Made by a program: the position numbers and the translations under genes. DNA of 29,783 bases from Octopus sinensis. Lineage: Eukaryota. This document shows, piece after piece, positions 12,775-22,451 of this stretch. How positions within the stretch are numbered: position 1 is the first letter of the stretch; the number at the start of each line of letters is the position of its first letter. The stretch is from assembly GCF_006345805.1 (NCBI RefSeq), contig NW_021832888.1:1-29783 (forward strand). Direction: 5' to 3'. The notes beneath the pieces are model-generated. The model was given only the letters and a program-made list of their open reading frames with translations. It did not search any database and had not been told where the DNA came from.

Positions 12775-13130
12775 CTGTATACGAAAATTGTAGACTCTCT
12801 TTTCTAGATGGACGACAAAAAACTATTTAGAAGAGACAATATTCGGTCGGAGAAACTAGTGAAGTTGTTCATGAATTTATCCAGGTTAAAATTGTGAGAT
12901 AATAAAGGTTAGAAAATTTGTCGAAGAATTCTAAGGAAAGGCAAAACAATAAAAAATGAGATTATTAAATAAGATCCAATCTCTGAGGTGAAATTATTAA
13001 AGAAGACAGATCCATTTAAATACTTGGAACCAGGGGAAGCGGATAATATATAGCAAGCAGAAATGAAAGAGAAACAAAAAGACTCCAATATAATAAATGG
13101 TGTAATCAGGAAATGTCCAAGCTATTACGT
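12775..13130 (+). mobile_element. Decayed R4/Dong-like RT fragment
   Basis: LF*MDDKKLFR (cf. YMDDLKLFA) ... GEIIKE ... FKYLG ... QAEMKEK; similar to the reverse complement of 16230-16410. Confidence 0.7.
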
Positions 13131-13145
13131 AAGAAGCTGAAGGAT

Positions 13146-13313
13146 ATTCTTTTCTACTCTAGGGATAAGGCCCCGAAATTTTTGGGGAGGGGACCAGTCG
13201 ATTAGATGGACACCAGTACGCAAGTAGTACATAATTTATCGATCCCGAAAGGACGAAAGGCAAAATCGACCTCGGCAGAATTTGAACTTAGAATGTAGAG
13301 ACAGACGGAATAT
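13146..13313 (-). mobile_element. SINE family A 3' part with an alternative tail
   Basis: Shares the central gatcccgaaaggacgaaaggcaaaatcgacctcggcagaatttgaact segment; tail matches 19287-19340 rather than 23400-23464. Confidence 0.88.
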
Positions 13314-13541
13314 CTATTTCTATTTCTTCACTACCCACGAGGGGCTAAACACAGACAGGACAAACAAGGACAGACAAACGGATTAAGTCGATTATATCGA
13401 CCCCAGTGCGTAACTGGTACTTAATTTATCGACCCCGAAAGGATGAAAGGCACAGTCAACCTCGGCGGCATTTGAACTCAGAACGTAGCGACGGGCGAAA
13501 TATCGCCAAGCATTTCGCCCGGCGAGCTAACGTTTCTGCCA
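13314..13541 (-). mobile_element. SINE family A
   Basis: Reverse complement closely matches 23225-23464. Confidence 0.92.
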
Positions 13542-13562
13542 TCACGATGTATGTATTGTATA

Positions 13563-13936
13563 GAGGCCCAATGACCCAGTAGTTAGGGTAGAGCTCTCGT
13601 GGTTATAGGATCACGATTTCGATTCCCAGACCTGGCCTTGTAAATATTTATTGCGCGAAAATACTTTAAGCTCCACGATGCTCCGGTAGGGTGAGGGTGA
13701 AACCTGCTGTACTCTTTCACCACAACTTTCTATCTCTCTCTTCCTGTCTCTGTTGTACCTGTATTTCAAAGGGCCAGTCTTGTCACACTGTGTGTCACGC
13801 TGAATCTCTCCGAGAACTACATTAAGTGTACATGTGTCTGTGGAGTGCTCAGCTACTTGTACGTTAATTTCACGAGCAGGCTGTTCTGTTGATTGGATCA
13901 ACTGGAACCCTCGTCGTCGTAACCGACGGAGTACCG
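13563..13936 (+). mobile_element. tRNA-derived SINE, family C
   Basis: Head gaggcccaatgacccagtagttagg, B-box-like gatttcgattccc; shares ctctttcaccacaactttct with the family D copy at 15771-16081 but has a different 3' half. Confidence 0.75.
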
Positions 13937-13984
13937 AAGTATAGTAGCATGAGTGCATTGTGGGTGTGACTGTGTGTATCTGCG

Positions 13985-14107
13985 TATGTGTGTGTGTGTG
14001 TGTGCGTGCGTGTGTGTGAGAGAGAGAGTGTGTATGTGTGTGTATATATATATAGAAAGAGAGAGAGAGAGAGACAGATGGAGAGAGTGAGAAAGAGAGG
14101 TAGATAA

Positions 14108-14165
<58 letters not shown>

Positions 14166-14194
14166 CAGATGGAGAGAGTGAGAAAGAGAGGTAG

Positions 14195-14281
<87 letters not shown>

Positions 14282-14320
14282 TAGAGATGGAGAGAGTGAG
14301 AGAGATAGATAAATAGAAAG
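13985..14320. repeat. (TG)n/(TA)n/(GA)n compound repeat with a duplicated unit
   Basis: gacagatggagagagtgagaaagagaggtagataaat occurs twice, plus a third variant. Confidence 0.92.
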
Positions 14321-14658
14321 CGAGAAGGAGAGGAACACAGGAGTTTTACCCTATTTTTCACTTTGAGTCGAAATAAATTTTTATCAAATGTTCGCTATCT
14401 AACAAAAATTATAACAGCTAAGCAAATGGCGTTCCTAAATACATTAGAAACCTTATAGTATAATCTGATCATTATTTCAGAAAATTATCGGCGTTCATTT
14501 TGAGCATATAAAAGACAAATTTGGTTAGGGCCAAATGAGTAAGCCAAGATATGGTAAATCTACCGCTGAAATTCCCCAGAAAACAAACTCATATGCATCA
14601 ATATAATTTTACTAGACATCAGAAAGATCAGAAATAAAAGAACAATTTTAAATATCTA

Positions 14659-14871
14659 TGCCCACGGGCATATGGCGTAGTGGTTAAGAGTGCGGGCTAC
14701 TAACCCCCAAGATTCTGAGTTCGATTCCAGGCAGTGACCTGAATAATGATAATAACATCGAAAAGTACTTTGGGAATGAGAACCCAGGTTCGAAATTTCC
14801 CCAAGACACCTGATAAAAGCTGGAGGGTATATCAGCCAAAATGTTGTGTTAACAATGAAGAAGATGAGGAC
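14659..14871 (+). mobile_element. tRNA-headed, hammerhead-bearing PLE pseudo-LTR element, copy 1 (ribozyme core mutated)
   Basis: tgcccacgggcatatggcgtagtggttaagagtgcgggctactaac...gagttcgattcc, short (AAT)n, then gacac-ctgataa...cagcc-aaaa; homologous to 17552-17870. Confidence 0.88.
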
Positions 14872-15262
14872 GTAGTAAGTAGCTTGCTTATCAACCACAT
14901 GGTTCCGTGTTCAGTCCCACTGCGTGGCACTTTGGGCAAGTATCTTCTACTATAACCTCGGGCCGACAAAAGGTTTGTGAGTGGATTACGTCGACGGAAA
15001 CTGAAAGAAGCCCGTCGTATATATATATATATGTAGGTGTGTGTATATGTTTGGGTGTTTGTGTTTGTCCCCCCACCAAATCACTTGACAGCCGATGCTG
15101 GCGTGTTTACGTCCCCATAACTTAGCGGTTTGGCAAAAAAGAACGATACAATAAGTACTAGGCTTACAAAGAATAAGTGCTGGGGTCGATTTACTCGACT
15201 AAAGGCAGTGCTCCAGCATGGCCACAGTCAAATGACTGAAACAAGTAAAAGAGTAAAAGAGA
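14872..15262 (+). mobile_element. SINE family B, slightly 5'-clipped
   Basis: Collinear with 2811-3259. Confidence 0.92.
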
Positions 15263-15770
15263 ATGCCAATAATTTAAATATATAGGTCAAACGAAAGGGC
15301 GTTATAGAAAAATGACACATGATATGAAATTAACGAAACTATATTAAAAACAAAAGATTCCACATAGAATATTCTCTGTAGCTTCTTCATAATCTTCTGG
15401 AGTGTCTCCCTTCGTGATATATTTACGGTACACGTGATATATTTTCGGTACGCAGTTTAAGATAAGGAATTATTGAAATTAGTAATTTTTACCCCATTTT
15501 ACCCTATTTTTAGACGTCATCTTTTTGAAACTTGAAAATTATCAAATTAGACATTAGATTGAAGAAAAACTGACTTGGAATCCAACAGAGAGAAGAATAT
15601 TGATTGTCGAACGCCAAAAATTATCCAGATATTTTATTAGTTGTCTTAATTACAATTAGGTTAAAATTTAGTATAAATTTCTTGATAAGTAACTATCACT
15701 TGACTGTGTTTCGAACTCTCTCAACTTCAACAACAATTATGCTGACCAATTTTTACGTCTAAATATAATG

Positions 15771-16081
15771 ATTTTTTTTTGTTTGTTCCTTCTCGAGCCG
15801 CGTCGGGCTCATAAGGGCCGGTTTCCCGGTTTCCTTGGCGTATAGGTTCCCCACCTGGATAGCATGTCGGTCCGTCACAGGTGAGCTGCAAGATGCAGGG
15901 GGAAAGAGTTAGAGAAAGTTGTGGCGAAAGAGTCAGCAAAAGTTCGCCATTACCTTCTGTCAGAGCCGCGTTGAGCTTAGGTGTTTCGCTCATAAACACA
16001 CACATTGCCCGGTCTGAGATTCGAACCCGCGATCCCTCGACCGCGAGTCCAATGCTCTAACCACTAGGCTATGTACCTCCA
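15771..16081 (-). mobile_element. tRNA-derived SINE, family D, full length with TSD
   Basis: Minus strand has A-box tagcctagtgg, B-box gggttcgaatctc and an A-rich tail; 12-bp TSD ctaaatataatg at 15759-15770 and 16082-16093. Confidence 0.92.
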
Positions 16082-17371
16082 CTAAATATAATGTAGCAAT
16101 GCAAAATGATGATGATGCGGTACTTGGAACATAATGGCTTCAAACAAGCTGAAAGAAAATAACAAGAAATCAAAATTTACTAATTTTACCCCACTTACAA
16201 ATTTCCCCACTATCCCCATGTATTGTATATATATTCGGTTTTAATTGTTTTGTCTTTTGTTAGAGCTTCTTCCACAGATTTGTCTAATACCCTAATTAAA
16301 TTTTTATCCCGGATAAATTCACGAACAACTTCAATAATTTCTCACTTCTAAATTGTTTTAAGTCATCCATACAGAAAATAAAGTCAACAATTTTTCCATA
16401 GCACTATAACATGTATATCCATTGGTGGTTTAATTCAGTAAATTTGATTATGGAAAAGTATATAAGATTTAAAGGCCGTCGTCAATGATTGTTATTCTTA
16501 TGGGCATAGAAGTGCTTTAATCATATCATTCATTTTGATATGGTATCATTGATGTAACTTATTAAGCACTCCTCTATCTGTATGTTGTGTCACCAACACC
16601 CAAGAGAGTGATATGTTATCAAATGCTTTTCGGTAGTCAATTGACGTCAAGTTATTTTCTCATTTTGTTGTCTTCAATAGCTCTCTGATTCAATATTAGC
16701 TGCTCTTTACAGCCACTCTTGTATCCCTTTCGGGCATCGGTTCTGCGTCTCTGGCAAGACATTACTGTCAGGAGGTCAACCAACTGCTGTTTGAGTACAG
16801 ATGTAAGGGCTTCATACTTAGCTTGATGGCAAACAGGTTACAGGCCGATGGTTTTGATGTCACTAGGGTTTCGTCCTTTGTTTTGAGGAATCAACATTAT
16901 ATCCATCCTTTTACCAATTCAACTGTTAATTCCAGATTTGTTTACTAATTCATTGAATGGTGCTGTCACTGACTCATGAATAACAGCTTCAAGTGAGAGA
17001 TATTGCCAATCCTTGTTGAACTTGCATTTGTATGCGGCTTTTAACGTATTATTGAATTCCTTGTTGTAAAAGCGCGTGGCCGAGTGGTCAAAAATTTGCG
17101 CTCGCGATCGTAAGATTGTGGTTTCGATTCCAGGACCGGGAGATGCGTTGTATTACTGAGCAAAACCCTAAATTTCGCTTTGCTCTAATTCACTGAGCTG
17201 TACATGAGTTCCAGCAAATGTCTAGAAAGTTAATCCTGCGACGGACAGATATCCCGCTTAGGGGAGGGAGCGTTCTAATCTCAATCAGTTGAAAACACCA
17301 TGGAAACTTTTTTTTGCATTATTTACATTATTTACATTTGACGGATATTTGTCCTCATCTTGTTTGTTATT

Positions 17372-17417
17372 AACACAACGTTTCGGCTGATATACCCTCC
17401 AGCCTTCTTCAGGTGTC
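17372..17417 (-). ncRNA. Minimal type I hammerhead ribozyme (best-preserved copy)
   Basis: Minus strand reads GACAC CUGAAGA A GGCUG-gaggguauau-CAGCC GAAA CG UU GUGUU: stem I GACAC/GUGUU, CUGANGA and GAAA core boxes, 5-bp stem II, and a vestigial palindromic stem III as in PLE hammerheads. Confidence 0.8.
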
Positions 17418-17469
17418 TTGGGGAAATTTCGAACTTTGGTTCTCATTCCTAAGGTATTTTTCGATGTTG

Positions 17470-17534
<65 letters not shown>

Positions 17535-17565
17535 GTTATTGTTCAGGTCTCTGCCCACGGGCATA

Positions 17566-17620
17566 TGGCGTAGTGGTTAAGAGCGCGGACTACTAACCCC
17601 AAGATTCCGAGTTCGATTCC
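17566..17620 (+). promoter_or_regulatory. tRNA-type internal Pol III promoter (A and B boxes)
   Basis: A-box tggcgtagtgg (17566-17576) and B-box gagttcgattcc (17609-17620) at tRNA spacing, with an anticodon-loop-like ctactaa between them. Confidence 0.75.
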
Positions 17621-17651
17621 AAGCAGTTACCTGAACAATAACAACAATAAC

Positions 17652-17683
<32 letters not shown>

Positions 17684-17735
17684 TAACATCGAAAAATACC
17701 TTAGGAATAAGAGCCCAAGTTCGAAATTTCCCCAA

Positions 17736-17781
17736 GATACCTGAAGAAAGCTGGAGGGTACATCAGTCGAAACGTTGTGTT
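17736..17781 (+). ncRNA. Minimal type I hammerhead ribozyme with weakened stem II
   Basis: gatac ctgaaga a agctg...cagtc gaaa cg tt gtgtt; core boxes intact, first stem II pair mismatched. Confidence 0.65.
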
Positions 17782-18573
17782 AACAACAAACAAGATGAGG
17801 ATAAATATCCGTCAAATGTAAATAATGTAAATAAGGTACATAATTCCTCATCTCTTAAATATAGAACTGTACCATGGAAACTGGTTTTAAGATGAGAACT
17901 TACGAGACCTAATATTCATGACTTGTGAATGAAAATAAACACGACCCGCTATATTTGACAATTCTTTGTCAAATATGGCGGGTCTTGTTTGTAATATTAT
18001 TGCGTTTTTCATTGTCCTTTTCCCTTCAAATCCACTGTACTTTCTGAATGTGCTGGATATTTTTGTTCAGTATTTTCTATCATAATTCTGGAATTACCGT
18101 CGCTATTTTATAACAACTCCTGTAAAATTATAAAGTTATGTAATTAAGTTACCTTGTTTTCCCGAAGCCTCGAAACCTGCATGATTTTATGTTGATATGA
18201 TTAGCTTAAGCCTATCTGTAACTTTCAAACTATCTTCTTTCTTATTAGTAAAATGTTTTGATGCATTTTTTTTACCATTTTCGTTGTGATGTGCGTTAAC
18301 TTGAGTTAGTTCAGTAAGGCTTCTCATTCAATTTTAAGTTGATTATTTTCTTTCTGTATTTTTTTCTTATTTGGTCTGGTTGATCATACTCTGAATCTAT
18401 CAAAATCGAATCCGATTTCTTTCAATACTTTTACACTTACTGAATAAATTACACAATTCAGTCTGTTGCTATTTGGTTAGATCGTCTCTCTGAACACAAC
18501 GATTTCTCACACACATATGTACATTCTTCCTTGGAATTATTTTCCTATATGTGACTAAGGCATGAATTTCTTT

Positions 18574-18818
18574 CAGTTCTATATTTACGGGCATATGGCG
18601 TAGTGGTTAAGAGCGCGGGCTACTAACACCAAGATTCCGAGTTCGATTCCAAGGAGTGACCTAAACAATAATAATAATAACATCGAAAAATACCTTCGGA
18701 ATAAGAACTCAGGTTCGAAATTTCCCCAAGACACCCGAAGAATGCTGGAGGGTATATCAGTCGAAACGTCGTGTTAACAACAAACAAGATGAGGACAAAT
18801 ATCCGTCGAATGTAAATG
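18574..18818 (+). mobile_element. tRNA-headed, hammerhead-bearing PLE element, copy 3
   Basis: 12-bp TSD atgaatttcttt (18562-18573 and 18819-18830). Starts with cagttctatattta, the reverse complement of the element's 3' end (17856-17869). Hammerhead at 18730-18775 has CCGAAGA and GAAACGUC. Confidence 0.92.
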
Positions 18819-18850
18819 ATGAATTTCTTTGTTTTATGTTTTTTCGATTG

Positions 18851-19110
18851 TGAAGGCGCGTGGTTTACTGGCGAAGGTATTGCATTAAGTTCGCACTTAT
18901 GATCGCAAGATTATAGTTTCGATTCGTGGACTGGGCAATGCGTGTTGTTCTACAACAAATCACTTCATTTCTCGTTAATCCAATTCACTTAGCTGGCAAA
19001 AATGAGTATACCTGAGATGGAACTGTGTTCCGTCCAGAGCGGCGACGGAGGAGGATATTTACGTCACAGAATCCGTGAAGCTAGCCTCATGAGCCTCTGG
19101 TTCGGGAAGG
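18851..19110 (+). mobile_element. Diverged SINE, family D
   Basis: gaaggcgcgtgg head, gtttcgattc B-box, collinear with 4632-4880. Confidence 0.75.
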
Positions 19111-19286
19111 GCTTTCTACTTCTTTTTTTGCTTTTTGAAGCTTTCTGATTATTAATGCCCCTTTCTATTTTTTTTTATAGTTTATGTTAGGTTCTACGTT
19201 AACACTGGTTGATCTGCAATTTTATCAGACAAACGTGGCTTCAGGAGTACATATATTGTACCTGTATATTTAATAAAAATAGTAAA

Positions 19287-19476
19287 CCTTCCTACTATAG
19301 GCACAAGGACCGAAATTTTAGGCAGGGGCCAGTCGATCACATCGTTCACAGCGTTCAACTGGCATTTATTTCATCGACTCCGAAAGGATGAAAGGCAAAG
19401 TCTACCTCAGCGGGAGTTTGAACGTAATGCTGCTATGCACTTTGTCCAAAAGATGCCAAAGATTCTGCGAGCTCGC
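19287..19476 (-). mobile_element. Diverged SINE family A with the alternative tail
   Basis: Contains ccgaaaggatgaaaggcaaagtctacctc; tail resembles 13146-13200. Confidence 0.8.
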
Positions 19477-19776
19477 ATCATCATCACCATCATCTTCACC
19501 ATTATCATCGTCTTCATCGCAGCTACCGCCGTCACCACCATACCCACAACCACCCCACCTACCCCCCCCCATCATCATCATCATCATTGTTATTAATATT
19601 ATTGATATGAGAAAAGTCAAATCATTGAAGGGAAGATTTAGTCTTCAGAATCGCTTATGGCACGTTTCTCAGAAGCATCTTACCGAATGTAAATATAATC
19701 TTTCAGACACTTTCTTTCACTCTAGTTGCAGAGTTAAATGCATTCATAGCATATGCTTACATGCTTCTACTCCCGG

Positions 19777-19849
19777 CACACACACACACGCACACACACG
19801 CACACACACGCACACTCACATACGCAAACGCGCGCGAGTTTGTGAGTAC

Positions 19850-19890
<41 letters not shown>

Positions 19891-19998
19891 AAATTAAGAT
19901 TCTCATCCAGAAATCTCATTCATGTACATACATAAGCATGTATGTTTTGTATGTATGTATGTATGTATGTACCTATGTATCTTTTCTACACACACACA

Positions 19999-20042
<44 letters not shown>

Positions 20043-20350
20043 TATACGTACATTCATGCATAATCTCTCTCTATAAATATATATGTATATATGTAGATGT
20101 GTATATATATATATCTATATATATATATATATATATAATATATATATATACATTCATACACATTTGCGTATATACGTAAAAAGATGCACACAAGCATACA
20201 CGCACAGATATATATGAGCCTACTTAATTACCTCCCTCCCTCCCCTACCTCCCTACCTACCTCCCTATCTACCTACCTACCTACCTACCTAACTATCTAC
20301 CTTCTTACATACTTACCTGTATACATACATTCATTCAAACATACACACAA
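19777..20350. repeat. Microsatellite field: (CA)n, (GT)n, (TATG)n, (TA)n, (CCTA)n
   Basis: Directly visible. Confidence 0.93.
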
Positions 20351-20655
20351 ACACTTAAAGGTCTAAAAAAAAAAAAGAAGCAGAGTCCAAAAGAAACGTG
20401 TTGGTTTGTGCAGGCAAAGATATGATGAAGTTTGTGAGTTTGGTGATGTTTGGATATGTTTCAATGCCGTTGGGAGAAATTGAATCTGCCGTAGCAGGTC
20501 CCCTCTTTGGTCTGAAAGAGGAAAGAGTCGTGTTTTCATTTGAAAATATCTTTTCTATATTTCACTCGAATGGCTAGTCTCAAAACATCAGATTCAAGTT
20601 TTCCCCACGGCACAGAGGAGTGGGGTGGGGTGGAATTCAACTCACTTGACGTTGC

Positions 20656-20874
20656 ATGTGTGTATGTATGTATGTATGTATGTATGTATGTATGTATGTA
20701 TGTATGTATGTATGCGTGTGTGTACGTACTTTTGTATGTACTTATGTATGTATGTGTGCATTTATGTACGTATGTATACATATATACATAAACACACTTA
20801 TGTATAAATATATACATCTATACATATATACGTATATACATACATAATACATACATATATATATATACATTCAT

Positions 20875-20933
<59 letters not shown>

Positions 20934-21262
20934 CACGTGACCGATCAGGCTATCAGATGTTGCTACATATCGCTGGTCACAATGCGCTTCGCATTGTTTT
21001 AGCCTTCAAATGTCGCCACACAGCTGGCTAAGTGAGCAGGCCAATATATATATATATACACATACATTAAATGCGCATATGCACATTATATATGTAAATA
21101 TATATATATACATATACACATACGTGTGTGTACATCTATACATATGGTGTGTGTGTACTGTCCTATGAACACAAGGCTATGAGAAAGACTAAGATTGAAA
21201 GAGAGAGAGAGAGAGAGAGCGAGAGAGAACGAGAGAGCGAGAGAGGGAGGGAGAGAGAGAGA
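20656..21262. repeat. Microsatellite field: (TATG)n, (TA)n, (GA)n
   Basis: Directly visible; encloses the 20929-21043 insert. Confidence 0.9.
20929..21043. mobile_element. Short retroelement-end fragment embedded in (TA)n
   Basis: GC-richer ~115-bp island flanked on both sides by (TA)n. I recall it as a common octopus repeat end; unverified. Confidence 0.4.
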
Positions 21263-21377
21263 AAGTGAAAGAAAAAGAAGTTGTTAGGATGCTCCCTGAA
21301 CGCGGTCACCGAATATTTCTAAACGTCTCGAGCTCTTCTTGTCCATGTTTTTTTACTCTACCTCTCTGTCATGCTCG

Positions 21378-21520
21378 AAGTAATGGCAATCGGACAAAAT
21401 TTTAGTGGTATATTTTCCGGCTCTTTACACCCTGAGTTTACTTTCCACCTGCAAGTTTAAGTTAGCTCTTCATCCGTTCGAGGATGATAAAATAAGTACC
21501 ACTTGAGGGAGCCGACTTAT
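21378..21520 (+). mobile_element. Highly diverged SINE family A
   Basis: ctgagtttactttcc...ttcatccgttcgaggatgataaaataagtacca resembles the family A centre. Confidence 0.6.
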
Positions 21521-21761
21521 ATATTTCCCTTTAAACCATTAACTGCCAATTCTTTAAAATTCATATTTTTGGGGCTTTGACAGGTGTCTTAAGAGTTAAA
21601 ATAATATATAGTATCCAAATTTCCTTCGTATGTGAATTATTATGGAAATTATAAATTTTTCGAAAAGTCACAAATGGGGATCGCTGAAAAAAAATCATAT
21701 TTATCCTTTTCTGTTCTATTGCAGTAATGACTATTTTAGTTTTTGAAACTATAATATCAAC

Positions 21762-22257
21762 ATACAAAAGATATGCAGCCCATATGACATCAGGACAGTA
21801 TTCAAGAGTAATACAGCACTTCGCAAATATCTCCTTCGAGTAAAAAACACCAATAGAAGAGGATATTATCGAAGACCGCGTGCATTCCATCCCATGCAAC
21901 TCTGTTAGGTTATACAAAGGCGAAACATGCCGCCCCTAAAAATAAGGGTAGAGGAATATCGCAAACCTGTAACACGAGGAAATATTGATAAATCGGGGAT
22001 AGCTGATCATGTATGCAAAAATGGAGACCACCTTCCCCTGTGGGCTTAAGTTAAAATAATAGACCGAGAACACCACTGGAAAATACGAAAACTAAAAGCA
22101 GCACGTATGCTGGGACACAACAACCTCCTAAGCAGACCGAGTGCAAATATAAATAGCATATGGGAACCGGTATTAGGGAAGGATAGGAAAATATTAGATT
22201 TTATAAGCCCTAAAATTCACTCCATAATTGCCCACGGGCATATGGCGTAGTGGTTAA
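21762..22257 (+). mobile_element. Penelope-like element 3' fragment: GIY-YIG endonuclease pseudogene running into the tRNA-like head
   Basis: Manual translation: IQKICSPYDIRTVFKSNTALRKYLLRVK/..RVHSIPCNSVRLYKGETCRP/LKIRVEEYRK..KSGIADHV..W..VKIIDREHHWKIRKLK..NSIWEPVL, matching the PLE GIY-YIG pattern (VY.IPC.C...Y.GET.R.L..R..EH; S..A.H). Ends in tgcccacgggcatatggcgtagtggttaa (22229-22257). Confidence 0.9.
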
Positions 22258-22451
22258 TGAAATTAATGTTCATCACTATTTATCAAATACTCGGCAAGCA
22301 ATCTCCTTTCACTCCTTATGCATTGGTCTATACTCAGCCACCATTCTTTCTTTTCATATACAGTCTGTTTACGTTTGCTTTAGGGTGTAGCGCTCTATGC
22401 AGCATCATCAACTTTCTCGTTCTTCTATCCAGTGTTCATATTTCTCTTATC

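Larger units (their letters stand above)
17309..17870 (+). mobile_element. tRNA-headed, hammerhead-bearing PLE element, copy 2: inverted partial arm plus complete direct arm
   Basis: 17318-17555 is the reverse complement of ~17621-17834; the direct arm is 17552-17870; 12-bp TSD accatggaaact at 17297-17308 and 17871-17882. Confidence 0.93.
17068..17930 (+). mobile_element. SINE family D, split by the PLE insertion at 17309-17870
   Basis: A-box tggccgagtgg, B-box ggtttcgattcc, central cctgcgacggac; sequence resumes after the TSD at 17883. Confidence 0.8.
16230..18550 (-). mobile_element. Old R4/Dong-like LINE, interrupted by insertions at ~17068-17930
   Basis: Minus-strand manual translation with frameshifts: HRPVTCLPS, ALTSVL, SNVLPETQ, GCKEQLILNQRAIED, IDYRKAFDNISLSW, CMDDLKQF, collinear with the RT at 25270-25990. 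The 17935-18550 part only weakly resembles the N-terminal region. Confidence 0.75.

Noticed and set aside
11890-14320. CRISPR-like or functional repeat-spacer arrays
   Set aside because: The units are duplicated compound microsatellites without unique spacers, the context is eukaryotic, and there are no cas genes.
12775-16410. Terminal inverted repeats of one large element (12775-12960 versus 16230-16410)
   Set aside because: The similarity is explained by two diverged R4/Dong RT fragments in opposite orientation.
17556-17630. Functional tRNA gene (ACT anticodon)
   Set aside because: No 3' acceptor strand pairs with gggcata after the T-arm, the anticodon stem is imperfect, and the sequence occurs as part of a repeated mobile unit.
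20375-20515. Minus-strand exon after the ctctttcctctttcAG acceptor-like site
   Set aside because: No convincing donor, no recognisable peptide, and competing weak signals on the plus strand.
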